This document shows, piece by piece, positions 47,580 through 62,129 of a stretch of DNA of 64,000 nt. The DNA is from Leucoraja erinacea (Eukaryota): the NCBI RefSeq assembly GCF_028641065.1, contig NC_073381.1:31124001-31188000 (forward strand), written 5' to 3'. The translations under genes were made by a program, and so were the position numbers. The notes beneath the pieces are model-generated. The model was not told the origin of the DNA, ran no database searches, and saw only the letters and a list, made by a program, of their open reading frames with translations. Every line of letters begins with the position of its first letter. The stretch's first letter is position 1.

Positions 47580-48900
47580 GATCAACCCTGTGTGGTTCTT
47601 TAAAATCACCCTCATTATCCAAACTGAAGAATACAAACACAATTTGTTCAGCATCACTTGATTGGTCAATCCTCTAATCCCAAAAGCTAGTTTGGCTAAT
47701 CCCCTACGGATTGTTTCCAAGAGGCTACATCTTTTCTTAGGTGGGGAGACCAAAACTGTGCACATTGTTCCAGGAGTGGCCTCGACAATATCCCGCACAA
47801 TTGTAACAAGACTTCTCTATTTCTCAACTCTAACCAGTTTTAAGAAAGGCCAGTGTGCTATTTGCCTCACTAACTACTTGCTACACCTGCTTACCAACTT
47901 TTTGTCATTCATGCTTGAGGATACAAAATGATCCCTCTGTACTTAACATATTTGCAGTCTCTTTACATTTAGATAATGAACTGCCTTTTGGTTCCTCTTG
48001 TCAAAGTGCGTAACCTTTTGCACCTGTTTTGAACAGGCCAACAAAGTTCCACCGAGTTGCGTGCATATCTGCTGGCTCTGTCTCATGTACCTCGATGGCT
48101 GAACTCAGATCTGCTTTCTCAAGGGTAACCTCAGTAAGTGGCCGGCCTGGATGGAATTTGAAAGGGTTCTGAAATAATGCGCCAGCCTCCTGGCCAAAGT
48201 CTTCACTGACATCTTCATCCACTCATTTCAACAGTCTACTGTCCCCATCTGCTTTGAGGAAATCTCCATCATTCCAGTCCCCCCCCAAAAAGTAAATTGA
48301 TCTACAATGACTACTGCACAGTAGTAGCTCTAACATCATCCATAATGAAATCAGATCGTAGAGCGGTACAGCATGGAAACAGGCCCTTTGGCCCATCTTG
48401 TCCACACTGAATATTTGGCAGCCCTCTAAAACCTTCCTATCCATATATCTGTCCAGATTGTCTTTTGAAATTAATAATTGTAACCTTTTCTGTAGCTTCT
48501 GGAAGCTCATTCCAGATATGGACTTCCTTATGAGTGAAAAGATTAGTCCTGAGATCCCTCTTAAATCTCTGCGCTCTCACTATGTTCTCTAGTTTAAGAA
48601 TCTGCTACCATGGGAAAAACACTGAGGATTCATTTTTCCATACCCTTTTATACATATCAATAAGGTCACTCTGCAGCCTCCTATGCTTCAAAGAAAAAGG
48701 TTCCACCCTCTCCCAAGTATACTTCAATTCATCCATGCCAACCAAGATGCCCCTATCTAAGCTCATTGCCAAAGTTTGGTCCATATCCTTCTAAATCTTT
48801 CCTATCTATGTTTAATCTAAATGATGAGCCAACTTTTGTACTCAATACTCTTCCCAATGAAGGCAAGCGTGGAAAACATCCTTGTGACCATACTATCCAC
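47580..48900 (-). mobile_element. Cluster of old CR1-type fragments
   Basis: Degenerate RT C-terminal and 3' UTR motifs (ggaaacaggccctttggccc; NLDRYMDRK). Confidence 0.6.
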
Positions 48901-49129
48901 TTAATTCACCACTTTTATTAAAAAAAATGAATTTTTGCTCAATTATATTTATGTAGAGTATTATCTGATTGGATCGCATGCAAAACAGCTTTTCACTGTA
49001 CACATGGCAATGATAAATCTAAACCGACTGCCCTCCTGCTGGTCACCCATCTATTTACTGCCTGCACCTTAAATGTGACCACCACACTATAACTCATACC
49101 CATCGTGTTCTCATTCTCCCTGACGATCC

Positions 49130-49570
49130 TGAGGTGTTTGAAAGACTTGTAATGGCCCACATCTGTGCCAGTCGTCTGGACAATTTAGACCCCTTGCAAT
49201 TTGCATACAGGAAAAATAGGCCTCTGGAAAAAGCCATCTCTCGTGCATTACCTTCAGCAGTTGATCACCTTGACAATAAGAACACTTCTGTCAGGATGCT
49301 ATTCATTGTCTACCGATCAGTCTTCACCTATAGAACTGGATAAACACATCTGTATACTTCTGGACCTTGGCCTCAGTTGCTTGTTCCATTACTATGTTTT
49401 TTTTTGCATCACAATCATGCACCATTCTTCAAATTGCACTACAAGCATGCATGGTTCTGCTGTTTTGCACTTGTTATGTTTATTTTTGTATTTATCATTA
49501 TCTATACACACTGTGTGCTTGATGTCAACAAGGGATTCCATTACATCCTGGTGTACATGAGAATAAACTA
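49130..49570 (+). mobile_element. Old Rex1/Babar RT fragment
   Basis: FERLVMAHI...LDPLQFAYRKNR...HLDNKNTSVRMLF. Confidence 0.75.
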
Positions 49571-50142
49571 ATTTGTTTGGATCATTCACAAACAGGAACC
49601 TGAATGACATCACGCCATTCCTCCTTAAACTTCATTTGTCTAGTTTTCACCTACTCACATGATCTAAATATATCCAAATATATTAACATTTAAAAAAAAC
49701 TGAAGTTGAACTGAATAAATTGTAAGGCCAGGTTCTTCAAATAAATATATAGTGATGTTCTATGACCATAACTGTCATCTAGGACAGGCTATGACTGATC
49801 TAATGGCTCCAGAAGAAGATGACAACATTATTTAAAATAAAACCTGGATAATTATACTCATGATCAATGTCAGTCAGATTAATCAAGGACAATCAGCATG
49901 GATTTGTTAAGGGAAGGTCATGTATAAATAAGTTGACATTTTTGAAGGAGCATCAAGAGGTGTCAACAAGGGTAGAATATTTCATGTTATATTTTTTAGG
50001 CATTTGTTGAAGTTCCACATTGCAGATTGACGGGGAAGCAAAAAGCTCATGGGATCCAAGGAAATGTAGTAAATTAAATTAAAGATTAGTTCTGGTAGAA
50101 AATAAAGGATAGTGAACAAGAATATTAGCAACTGGAGAGCTA

Positions 50143-52844
50143 CAGTGGCTTGCAAAAGTTTTCATACCCCTTGACCTTTTCCACATTTTGTCACGTTACA
50201 ACCACAAATATTTAATTGGGATTTTTTGTGATAGACTAACACAAAGTGGTGCATAATTGTGAAGTGGAAGGAAAATGATACATGGTTTTCAATTTTTTTT
50301 ACAAATAAAAAACTGAATAGTCTGGCGTGCAAATGTATTCAGGGCCCCTGAGTCAATACTTTGTAGAACCACCTTTCGCTGCAATTACAGCTGCAAGTCT
50401 TTTGGGGTATGTCTCTACCAGCTTTGCACATCTAGAGACTGAAATTTTTGCCCATTCTTCTTTGCAAAATAGCTCAAACTCAGTCCGATTGGATGGAGAG
50501 CATCTGTGAACAGCAATTTTCAAGTCTTGCCAGAGATTCTCATTTGGATTTAGGTCTGGACTTTGACTGGGCCATTCTAACACATGAATATTCTTTGATC
50601 TAAACCATTCAATTGTAGCTCTGGCTGTATGTTTAGGGTCGTTGTCCTGCTGGAAGGTGAACCTCCGCCTCAGTCTCAAGTCTTTTGCAGACTCTTAACA
50701 GGTTTTCTTCCAAGATGGCCCTGTATTTGGCTCCATCCATCTTCCCATCAACTCTAATAATAATAATAATACATTTTATTTGCGGGCCCCTTTCAAAGTC
50801 TCAAGGACACATTACAGAAATTAACAAGAGAGAAAATAAAAACATATAGTCGGAGTAAAATCACTAATAAGGGCACCACCAATACACAATTTAAAGACAG
50901 AAATCGCTCCAAAGACAAAAAATCAAAAACACAATGTGAAGAGAGAGCAGCGGCAGCTAAACCGCGCAAGTGTACACTCTCCCTTCTGACAGCCATCTTG
51001 GACACAGACTAACATTAACTTACACACAAAAAAATCATCCCCCCACAATGGTTACCACTGTGGGGGATGGCACAATGTCCAGTGTCCCATCCCCAGTTCT
51101 CCCAAAGTCAGGCCTATTGAGGCCACCGCTATTGCCTCTACGGAGGCCCGATGTTCCTGGCCGTTCTGGCCGGGTGGTGTTGCCCCGACGTCGGGAGAGT
51201 CCTCTCAGCGGCTGGGCCACCTGGAACTGCCGCTTCCTAACTGGGGACCGCGGCTTCCGAAGCCGACAAGGCCGCGCCGGTTTGGAGCTCCCAGGCTCCC
51301 GATGTTAGAGTCGGCACCCTCCGCTCCGCAGACCCGCAGCCCGGAGGTGTTGATCTTGGCGGTCACAGCTCACCGGAGCTCCAGCGCGTCGATCCAACGC
51401 GGCGACCCAGGCAAGGCATCGCCCGCTCCGCTCCACGATAGCGCTCCAGCGCTGTGCCGCCACCGAAGCCGAGGTGCTGGGCGGTCCCCGCCAGGAAACT
51501 GTGCTCCACGCCCGCTGGTAGGCCACGAGGACGGGTCGACGGGGCAGCCCAGAGAAAAAGCTGCCCCACCAACCAGGTAGGGACCTAGAAATGTTGTTAC
51601 CCCCTACCCCCCACATTAAAAAGTAATTTCTCCCACAGACAAGGCACAGGACTCACTAAAACTGCAAAAAAAAGTGAATTAAACGGACGGCTGCTGATTC
51701 GCAGCCGTTCCCCAAGATGGCTCCACTCTGACCAACTCTGACCAGCTTCCCTGTCCCTGTTGAAAAGCATTCCTACAGCATAGCTGCCACCACCATGTTT
51801 CACAGTGGGGATGGTGTGTTCAGGGTGATGTGCAGTGTTAGTTTTCCGCCACACATAGCGTTTTGCATTTAGGCCAAAAACCTCAATTTTGGACTCATCT
51901 GACCTGCTGTGTCCCCCACATGGCTTGTGGCAAACTGCAAACGGGACTTCTTATGGCTTTTTTTCAACAATGGCTTTCTTCTTGCCACTCTTCCATAAAG
52001 GCCCGATTTGTGGAGTGCACGACTAATAGTTGTTCTGTGGGCAGATTCTCCCACCTGAGCTGTGGATCTCTGCAGCTCCTCCAGAGTTACCATGGGCCTC
52101 TTGGCTGCTTCTCTGATCAATGCTCTCCTTGCCCAGCCTGTCAGTTTAGGTGGACCGCCATGTCTTGGTAGGTTTGCAGTTGTGCCATACCCTTTCCATT
52201 TTCGGATAATGGATTGAACAGTGCTCCGTGAGATATTCAAAGCTTGGGATATTTTTTTATAACCTAACCCTGCTTTAAACTTCTCCACAACTTTATCCCT
52301 GACCTGTCTGGTGTTCTCTCTTCACATTGTGTTTTTGATTTTTTGTCTTTGGAGCGATTTCTGTCTTTAAATTGTGTATTGGTGATGTCATTATTTATTT
52401 TACTCCGACTATATGTTTTTATTTTCTCTCTTGTTAATTTCTGTAATGTGTTCCTTGGGCTTCATGATGCTGTTTGTTCACTAATGTTCTCTAACAAACC
52501 TCTGAGGCCTTAACAGAACAGCTGTATTTATACTGAGATTAGATTACACACAAGTGGGCTCTATTTACTAATTAGGTGGCTTCTGAAGGAAATTGGTTGC
52601 ACTGGATTTTATTTCGGGGTATCAGAGTAAAGGGGGCTGAATACTTTTGCACGCCCCACTTTTCAATTTTTTATTTGTAAAAAAATTTGAAAACCACGTA
52701 TCATTTTCCTTCCACTTCACAATTATGCGCCACTTTGTGTTGGTCTATCACATAAAATCCCAATAAAATACATTTACGTTTGTGGTTGTAATGTGACAAA
52801 ATGTGGAAAAGTTCAAGGGGTATGAAAACTTTTGCAAGCCACTG
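50143..52844 (-). mobile_element. Tc1-family transposon with long TIRs, disabled transposase, inserted in an old CR1
   Basis: TA|cagtggcttgcaaaagttttcatacccc at both ends, ~200 bp TIRs. HTH GYKKISQALNISRSTV, QQDNDPKH, WPSQSPDLNPNENLW. Confidence 0.94.
50756..51724 (-). mobile_element. GC-rich structured retroposon with L2-type tail (copy C)
   Basis: TSD actct (50751-50755 / 51725-51729). Tail aataaaatg(tat)n. Hairpins 51541-51567 and 51036-51069. Confidence 0.8.
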
Positions 52845-53231
52845 TACATGCAGAAACGTTCTCTAATGATCTTTACAACTATAGCGCCAATAGACTGTCA
52901 ATACCAAAATTTGGATGAGTGGTTAATAGTGAAGAAGGAAGTTCTAAGTGAATAAGGAAGCTATTAATGAACTGATTGAGTAGGCACAAAAGTGGAACAT
53001 GGAGATTAATCTGGAGAAAATTTAAGTAATACATTTGATGAGAACACTGAGGTGAAAGAGCACATAATAAATGTTGAGAAACTGAGAAATCTTGGCATGA
53101 ATGCCCCAAACACACAGAAGGCAGCAGAAGCACTAACTTAGGTATTCTTGTCTTTGATAGCAGAATCATATATTCCAGGAGTAGAGAGATAGTCTGCAAC
53201 CTGAGCACTTTGTACAATTCCGTTCATCTCA

Positions 53232-54321
53232 CTGGGAAGCAAAGAGTAGGAGTAAACGGGTCCTTTTCACAATGGCGGGCAGTGATTAGTGGGGTACCGC
53301 AAGGCTCAGTGCTGGGACCCCAGCTATTTACAATATATATTAATGATCTGGATGAGGGAATTGAAGGCAATATCTCCAAGTTTGCGGATGACACTAAGCT
53401 GGGGGACAGTGTTAGCTGTGAGGAGGATGCTAGGAGACTACAAGGTGACTTGGATAGGCTGGGTGAGTGGGCAAATGTTTGGCAGATGCAGTATAATGTG
53501 GATAAATGTGAGGTTATCCATTTTGGTGGCAAAAACGGGAAAGCAGACTATTATCTAAATGGTGGCCGATTGGGAAAAGGGGAGATGCAGCGAGACCTGG
53601 GTGTCATGGTACACCAGTCATTGAAGGTAGGCATGCAGGTGCAGCAGGCAGTGAAGAAAGCGAATGGTATGTTAGCTTTCATAGCAAAAGGATTTGAGTA
53701 TAGGAGCAGGGAGGTTCTACTGCAGTTGTACAGGGTCTTGGTGAGACCACACCTGGAGTATTGCGTACAGTTTTGGTCTCCAAATCTGAGGAAGGACATT
53801 ATTGCCATAGAGGGAGTGCAGAGATGGTTCACCAGACTGATTCCTGGGATGTCAGGACTGTCTTATGAAGAAAGACTGGATAGACTCGGTTTATACTCTC
53901 TAGAATTTAGGAGATTGAGAGGGGATCTTATAGAAACTTACAAAATTCTTAAGTGGTTGGACAGGCTAGATGCAGGAAGATTGTTCCCGATGTTGGGGAA
54001 GTCCAGGACAAGGGGTCACAGCTTAAGGATAAGGGGGAAATCCTTTAAAACCGAGATGAGAAAAACTTTTTTCACACAGAGAGTGGTGAATCTCTGGAAC
54101 TCTCTGCCACAGAGGGTAGTTGAGGCCACAGTTCATTGGCTATATTTAAGAGGGAGTTAGATGTGGCCCTTGTGGCTAAAGGGATCAGGGGATATGGAGA
54201 GAAGGCAGGTACGGGATACTGAGTTGGATAATCAGCCATGATCATATTGAATGGCGGTGCAGGCTCGAAGGGCCGAATGGCCTACTCCTGCACCTAATTT
54301 CTATGTTTCTATGTTTCTATG
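53232..54321 (+). mobile_element. Young CR1 RT 3' half
   Basis: [13 protein letters not shown], long open frame to 54160, (tttctatg)n tail. Near-identical to 11713-12645. Confidence 0.94.
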
Positions 54322-56286
54322 AAGAATATGACAACACTAGAACAGTTGCAAAGGAGACTTTACAAGGTTGTTGGCAGGTCTGGAGAATTATACTTGTGAA
54401 AGAAGTGTAGGTAATTGCTAGATGGCACAGACTCGGGCCAAATGTCCTGTTTCCCTGTTGTATCTCTAAACTATCTGGTCTGGGTTTGTTCTATTATGAA
54501 TAAAATAAGGTGTATTGAGGTGTATAAAATTGACAACGTATGCAGAAATTACTTTCAGAATTGTTTGTAATCGGGCCATTAGGGGTGTGTCTGGATTTCA
54601 CTGTCGAAGGGTGGTGAAAACAGACACCTTCAATATACTTAAAATTTACCCGAGAATACTTATCACCTTTTAGACCAGAGATAACTTAGGTCATGATGGA
54701 TCAAATGGCTCTGCTGCAAATTTCTAATTTTATACATTTGCCCTACAAAATCTATCCATCTCGGTTGATAACTTGGCAAAAATAAATCCAGGTGTAGGAG
54801 CGGGAATGGGAAGAGCTCGAGATCTCCAGTACTTTGTAAGTGAAGGCATGCACTCTGAGAGTTCCTGAATAGCCTAATTATAAGCAGATGTATTTCCTCT
54901 TATATTTTGGCCTTTAAGATAATTTTGTCCTTGGCTGCTAATCACTAAACAAACAATTATATATGTGTCAAACTCATTTTCTAAAATTTGGTAACATTGA
55001 AGTCAGTATAATTGAATTTTGGAACCTGGTTCCGGATGTAATTCTATATCACATGTTTAACAAACGCTGCTGGAGACACATTGGCTCCGTGTTAGTGAAA
55101 CAGATCAATTTACTAATTAGCATTGCCCTGTTCTCATTAAAGGTTACATTCAGCCACACATATTGATCCATTAGTACCCTGGTCCACAGGACATTGCAGA
55201 AATTGTCAACCATTTTGAATTCAATTCAGCAACTTGCAGCAATGAATCTTCCCAGCACATGAATCAAAACAAGGCTTCCTTGGAATGTAATTCTGCACCA
55301 CTAACATGTTGAAACTGATGGGTATCACTGCCAACTTGTGAAAACAGGCTTTCTGTTAGTCATTGAGATAGGATTTTTTTAAACTACATACTAGTTTAGT
55401 CGTAATATGTTCCAAAGTTGGATTTTGCATTTCTTTTACCCATTTAGTCATATAAAGTTTGGGGTTTACACTTGCAGTTAGCAGTTATGGTTTTCTTCAG
55501 ACAAACACAATTGCAATAAGCGTATTATATTTCACTGGGAAACCTGGCGTGGTCTTTTTACTTTGGGATACTTGGTGGGATTTCCTGGCTACTTTAATTG
55601 CTAGGTTTTGGGCTTTATCATGTTCTTACACTGCTTTTGGTTATCATCAAAACTAACCACTCTCTGTGGGAGTATATTAATTGTAAGGTAGAGCAGGTCT
55701 TTTTGAATTTTATGATCTTTTAAAATATTTGCATTTTAAATGAAATATAAAAATCTGACTATAAAATGAGCATTGGGGTTGAATGCAGGAAAATTTGCAT
55801 TTAGTTTGTTTAACAAAGTAAAGTGTTGAAAACAGTGTTATTGGACTGGCATTCAGGAAGCGTGGTTAATTTTTTAATCGGAATTTATATCGTGCCTTCC
55901 ATTGCCCCAAATATATTTCTATTCTATAGCTCGCTGACTTGCAATAAACAGTGCTGTTGGTACTCCCACTATTTTAGTCGAGTTGTTCCTGTTTCCAATA
56001 TTTTTCTCTTTTGTAATGTTTATCTTTGCAAGGTAAAGAATATAACCATTTCCTAACAATGATTTCACTTATGCTTAAAACCTTGAAGTGATTTTCTTTG
56101 ACCATTTATTCTTACTATGATCCTACACATTTTCAATTGGCTTTATTAAAATACTATTCTTAAAATATGGGCACTACTGGCAAGAGCAGGATTTATTGTC
56201 TCTTTCTTGTGGCTCTCAAGAATGTTAGAGGTTGTGAGTTACTATAGTTTTGGGGATGGTAAATAGGAAGTTCTATCTTAGTCACG

Positions 56287-56780
56287 TTGAAACCGTTCTT
56301 CAGTTTCGCCCAGAGGATTGTCGGCTGCCCTCTCCTTACCTTGGAGGACTTACACAGTTCCCGCTGCACCAAAAAATCCCAGAGCATCATAAAGGACATT
56401 TCCCACCCCGGACACTCCCTGTTTGAACTGTTGCCGTCAGGCAGACGGTACAGATCTACAAGGACAAGGACGAACAGACTAAAAAACAGTTTTTACCCCA
56501 CTGCTATAAAAGCACTAAATGTAGCCGCCAAGGAACGCAGGGGCGAGACATACTAAGGGACTGTGGTACACTGTGAAATCGACAGAAGGATGGAGGGTTA
56601 GGTGTTTATGCGTGCTATTTTCGTGATATTTATTTAGTTGTTTATCTTTTAATATTTTACCTTGTATGTATCGTTAGCTTTTAGAAATGTTTGAATGGTG
56701 CACTGACTGGCTGACATTTTTAAATTTTGTTGTACATGGCTCATGTTGCAATGACAATAAAGAAACTATTCTATTCTATT
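56287..56780 (+). mobile_element. Rex1/Babar 3' end
   Basis: IIKDISHPGHSLFELLPSGRRYRS..TRTNRLKNSFYP; aatgacaataaag...(ctatt)n tail. Confidence 0.88.
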
Positions 56781-57384
56781 TATCTGATTATCTTCCCGTG
56801 GAGGTAGGCAAACTGTGAAAAAGCCAATACCCGATTTGCAATTAATAGAATAACATTAATGGATGGTTCAGTGGCAATTCACTCTGCATAGGCAAAGTGC
56901 TTCTTTCCTGAGAGTAACTGCTATCTCATTTGGCTGGCAGTTACTCTCAGCATATTGCATCACATAATTCACAATATATAGTAAATCTCATATAATTTTA
57001 ATGTCAGTTTAGTGCTGATAGACTGATCACTCAGTTACATATGATTTCTGAAGTAATGTGTAACTTGAACTCTGACAGGCATGAGCCTCATCAATGCAGG
57101 ACTCACAGATTGTGCAGGGAGCACGACACCTTGTTTGCAAGGAGCACAATTAAGAAATGATAGTGCAACACTATTTACTTTCGACAATTTCAAATTCTTA
57201 TCCAGTGCATAGTAGAAGTTCAAAGATTCATCCTCAAGGCGAGTAGTGCAAAGTTAGATATATCCTGAAATTTAATAAAAAACATAACCTACCTTTCCTT
57301 TCTAGAGTATTATATTCCAAGACACTTTTTCTCTCACCTCTCATTGGATGCTTTTTTTTGTGTGTGTTTGACCGTCCCCTTATT

Positions 57385-58225
57385 TCTTTTTTTTTATTTT
57401 TTTTTAAATATTGTTATTTATTAGAAGTACAGTAAATTACAATAGTACAATCCAGATATATCTTATTACATTTATTGTACCCCTTCATTTTTTAAGCTTT
57501 AAGGAAAGATATAGATAAAGAAAGTAGAGAAAGTGAGAGAAAGAAAGTCATGTTTGTATAAAAGAGTGATCAATGAGAAAAAAAAACAGAGACCCATTGG
57601 TTAGAGAAAAGAAGTAAGAAATAGACCCTAGAAAAGAAAGGAGGAAAAAGGGGGAAAAAAAACCCAAACAAACAAAAACCCAAAGCTCTATTATTAAAAC
57701 TGGGCAAAAGGGATATACCAACTTCATATTTTTCCTCCCCCTTTACTAGATCCTGACACCATTTCTTTTTTGAAGTACTGATGCACCATATTCTTGTAGT
57801 AAGTCGATAAATGCAAACCACGTCTTTTGGAAGTGGTCTGATTTGCCTGCAAGGAGGAGTCTCATATCTTCCAGGTGTAATGTTTCAAGTAAACATTTCA
57901 ACATATTTGAAATCCACATATTTAATGTTGGTATAGGAGCGTTCTTCCAGAATTTAAGTATAAGCTTTTTTCCCCATTATTAGCCCATAATTAAATAGAT
58001 TCTTTTGAAACACATTTGGTTCAGGGCTACCTTCCATTGTTCCAAAGATAATCCATTCAGGTTTTGGTATCAATTTTATTTTGAATAATTTTGTAATGAT
58101 TTCAAAAATTTCAGTCCAAAATTTTTGAATTTTTATACAAAAAACAAATGAGTGCGCTATGGTAGCTTCTTGAGATCGGCATTTATCACAAATAGGTGAA
58201 ACATTAGGAAAAAGTTTTTGTTTTT
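57385..58225 (-). mobile_element. L1/Tx1-clade 3' fragment
   Basis: LFPNVSPICDKCRSQEATIAHSFVFCIKIQKFW with an intact CCHC and an A-rich tail. Related to 1225-1775. Confidence 0.82.
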
Positions 58226-59149
58226 GAATAGTATATTCTTTTACTTCTTTGCTTGTTATTTTTGAGCGGCGGGGCCAGCTTTCCTCACAATGGACTCGTT
58301 GGTCACAATGAAAATAAATTGGATGGATGAGAAAGTGAGATAACATGGAACAAGTGTGAACGGGTGATTGATGGTCGTTGTGGACTCGGTGGACCAAAGG
58401 GCCTATTTCCATGCTGATTCTCTAAACTGAACTGAACTAAAATAATGTAACATGAGCTAATGGGACTTAACCTAGTTGTTGAACCCAACATTCACCCAAA
58501 TGTATCGTGATTTGACATGGTCTGAATCTAGTTACGTATTTTCATTCCCAACAATGATTTATACATAATCAATCAGTAAAATACCTGGAAATGTATTTAT
58601 TCTTATTGAGCATTTTACAAATATAATCTGTGCTGTTAAATATGGTATTCGATCTATCTGGGGATGATCTTAATGGTTTTGTTTAGAAATATAGTAAAAT
58701 ACTGCTGCTAAGTGTTTCAAATAATTGGTGAACATTTACATAACCTCTCTGTAGCCTCAACGATCATGTGGAGCACTCTGATAAATCCTGAAGAGGTGGG
58801 TCTCCAGAGTTGTTTGTTTTGGGGCAGCTTACATATCAAAATTGCTTGTGCACTAGATATTTCCAATCTGCATTCCCATTGAATGACTGGAGACAGCCTT
58901 GCATTTTGTGACTGCCATCGCCAACATGAATACACATCCTCAGAAATGGTAAAGTTTAGAAAACTGCAAAAATATTACAGGCAAGCATGAAGGAAAACGT
59001 TGAGTAAATCCAAAGGTACAATGAGTATTATACAGTGGTGTCTGTTAATGGTAATGTATGATTGCCATTTCTAGCTGATGGGAATAGTGGATGCCTATAG
59101 CCTAGCATCAATCCTAGTGTGCAAGATCAAGATCGGAGTCATTGTCTAC

Positions 59150-59490
59150 GATTCAATAGAACTTTATTCATCCCAGGAGGAAAATTGATCTGCCAACAGT
59201 CATAAAAATGCAAAATACATGAAACATGAAATTAGTGACGAATGGAAAGGATTGGGCTTGTGCAAAGTTGGGGGGAGGGGGGGTGGAGGTGTCAGTCACA
59301 GTCTACCCCATGACAGAAAGGGGAGGAGTTGTACAGTTTGATAGCCACAGGGAAAAAGGATCTCCTGTAGCATTCTGTCCTGCATCTTGGTGGAAACAGT
59401 CTGTTGCTGAAGGTACTCCTCAGGTTGACCAATGTGTCATGGAAGGGGCGAGCTGTAATGCCCAGGATGCACCGCAGTTTGAGGAGCATC
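59150..59490 (-). mobile_element. Rex1-like LINE 3' end
   Basis: STFSNRLFPPRCRTECYRRSFFPVAIKLYNS, then gatgaataaagttctattgaa. Confidence 0.75.
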
Positions 59491-62129
59491 ATGGTACCAA
59501 TTCTAGCATGTAAGAATGAGATTGGAGTCAACTGCTGCCTTGGATCAAGTGTGAAGCTTAACCCAATTTGAGTGGTAAACCTGGCAGACCAGTGGGCCAG
59601 GAACTGACCAGTCATCACTGGAACCCCTGTGTCTGTTCAGACTTCAAGTGGGAATGGCCCAGTGAGGAGAAAGGTATTTTGATAAACTGTACTCAGTTGT
59701 CAGATGTCATGTGTCTACATCACTAGACTGGCAGAGCATCAATCTCACTCAGAGACAACAGGATGGGTAGAAGGGGAAATTGAAACAAATGCCATCCTGT
59801 GTGATGCTTCTCACTGAACTGAACTATTGAAATGCAGGATACTTTACCCCGAGGCAGGCCTTTCCCAAAATAGAGTCTCATTTCCCATCACAAAAGAAAA
59901 ATATATTTTTTGAAGAGAACTGCTAGGAGCTGGAAACAAGCTGCCAAAATAATTGTGACCTATGTGTTTTAGTAATAACAAAAGAAATAGAAAGCGGAGA
60001 AACTTTGCAAAACAATCAAAAGTATTAATTGAAATGAGAATTGTTCAAAATGGCATAAAATCACAATATCTTTGGTAAATTATTGGAAATGTTCACAACT
60101 GAATGATAAACTATAAATACATTTCACCATTCTCTATTTCCATTAAAGCATTTTTCTCCCATGTGACATTGTTCCAGTTTAGGTTTGGGAAATCGACCTA
60201 GAATTCTGGGTCATCTCAACTCTGCAACAGTCTGGCTTGCTCATCTCTAAGTCAATTAAGGAAATTGCAAAACTAGAAGATTACTTTTAGTTTCAAAACA
60301 TACCGCCTGCCAAAAGCTTATCGTGAATTGCTTGCTGGATGTAGTACGACAGTGATAATGATCACTTTATCTGTGCTCTGATGCAATGGCCTTAGCTTGG
60401 CCTTATTGTTTATTGTACCTTTCATTTTGTTTCTTACCATGATCATTCAGCCAAAGTAAAGACGTGTAGCAGTAATGTTCACTTATAACAATCATTTAAT
60501 TGGAATGCCATGGGATATTGATAACTTCAAGAGTTTAATGTGTGGATTCCACTCTTGCATAACTAAAAAGCACTTGATTAAAGTTAAAATGTGGTATAAT
60601 TTTTAGGAAGAGATAGCAGTCGGGTTTCCACAGGAAGGTGCAGTGAGCTCAGGGTACAGACCAACACACCATGTTGGCTTTTCCAACTCCCTCCCTCATT
60701 GAAATTGCCAACTGGGAAAAGCAAAGGTTGGGGTTTAGTGAGTCTATCAAGGTGCAGGTCTTGAAAGTATAAAAATTAACTGGCAGAAAAGTGGATGAAT
60801 TGTTCACAAACAATCACACCCCCTTTGATCCTGTACAGATAAAGGTTCAGCTGTAGGAGGTGATGTTACTGGGGATAGAGGCTATCTGCCAGTAAAAGCT
60901 TATGTACTATCCACAGGTTATTAGCTTTCCATTGCAGCTACCTAGATATCTGGTTTCAAGCATTTGTTGATGAAAGGAGCAAGTTATAAATATATATTAG
61001 GAGTAAATATATTTGTCACATTAGTGTTTTTTTTTTTATATGGCAACCAACCACTGGACCTATGGTCATCTGTGGATTGCAAGAACAAAGTGTTGTCCTT
61101 TTGATGACCTAAATGTAATTTGTGAAGGTTGGTGAGGGCTGCTGAGCAATAGATTTGTCTGCTATTGGGGTATTTCTAGAGGAAGAATCATTATTCACCT
61201 CAGTCCACTGTATTTTTTTCCCCCAATAATTTAGGCATCTTGAAATACTGCAGATAATGCATTATGCCAGCTTCCTGGTAGACGATCAATATGTGGTATG
61301 TTGTTTTTGTGGTAAGATACATATGATCAATAACTGAATCTAAGCCTCTCTGTTTATGAAGACCGTAGGTTTGATGTGATGACCCTGTGTGCCCAATACC
61401 CAATGCTTTGTACTCACGAAAGTCTTGTAATTACTGGACATCTATTCAAGGTATCCCACTTGCTCTCGTTCCTCGGAAAAGGTTATGAATGCTTTGTGTA
61501 TTATTGATACTACAGTAATGTTAATGGATTCCTAATCTGTAAACCTGCATTGATAAACTAGAAAATATGAATTCATAATTTACAAAATATGGCTATGTTG
61601 CAGATGTTACCCCTGCCTGCCATGTCTAGTAAGAGGAGTAAATCTCAGGTTACAGACAAGAAATGTAGGACCAAGATGAAAATAAAACTTCTTCACAATG
61701 AGGATACGAGTCTGTGGATTTCACTACCAAAGAAAACTTATGTCTCCAAATCCATTTAACAAGGAGATACATAGGCAAAAGGGGTATGACAAACAAGTAG
61801 AAAGTGGTATTGAGATCAATGATCAGCCATTGTTGTACAGAAACATAGAACATGTTGGTAGTGTTAAATGGTCGACTCTTCTCCTGTTTTCTGTATTTCT
61901 ATGGCATCATGAGGTGGTTTGAAAATTTGTTTATTTTTTAAATAATCTGAAGCTAAAACGCTGATGCAAATAAAAGTGGCCATTGAGCTGCAAGTTTGAC
62001 ATAAAAATGATATACAAGTAAGTGATTGAGAAAATAAAATTATGATTAATCAAAGGTTTATTTTTAGGCTAAACTATAGAAAGCCTTTCTTTTAAATGAG
62101 AAGTACACTGCTCTTTTTCAATGGACCAA

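Noticed and set aside
51490-51585. HDV-like ribozyme resemblance (minus-strand ccgtcctcgtgg-cctacca) in copy C
   Set aside because: P2 and the catalytic J4/2 could not be completed, and the motif is absent from copies A and B.
54700-61900. Possible exons of a second host gene downstream of TRIB2
   Set aside because: No ORF with recognisable motifs or a coherent splice pattern; small or non-coding exons cannot be excluded by eye.
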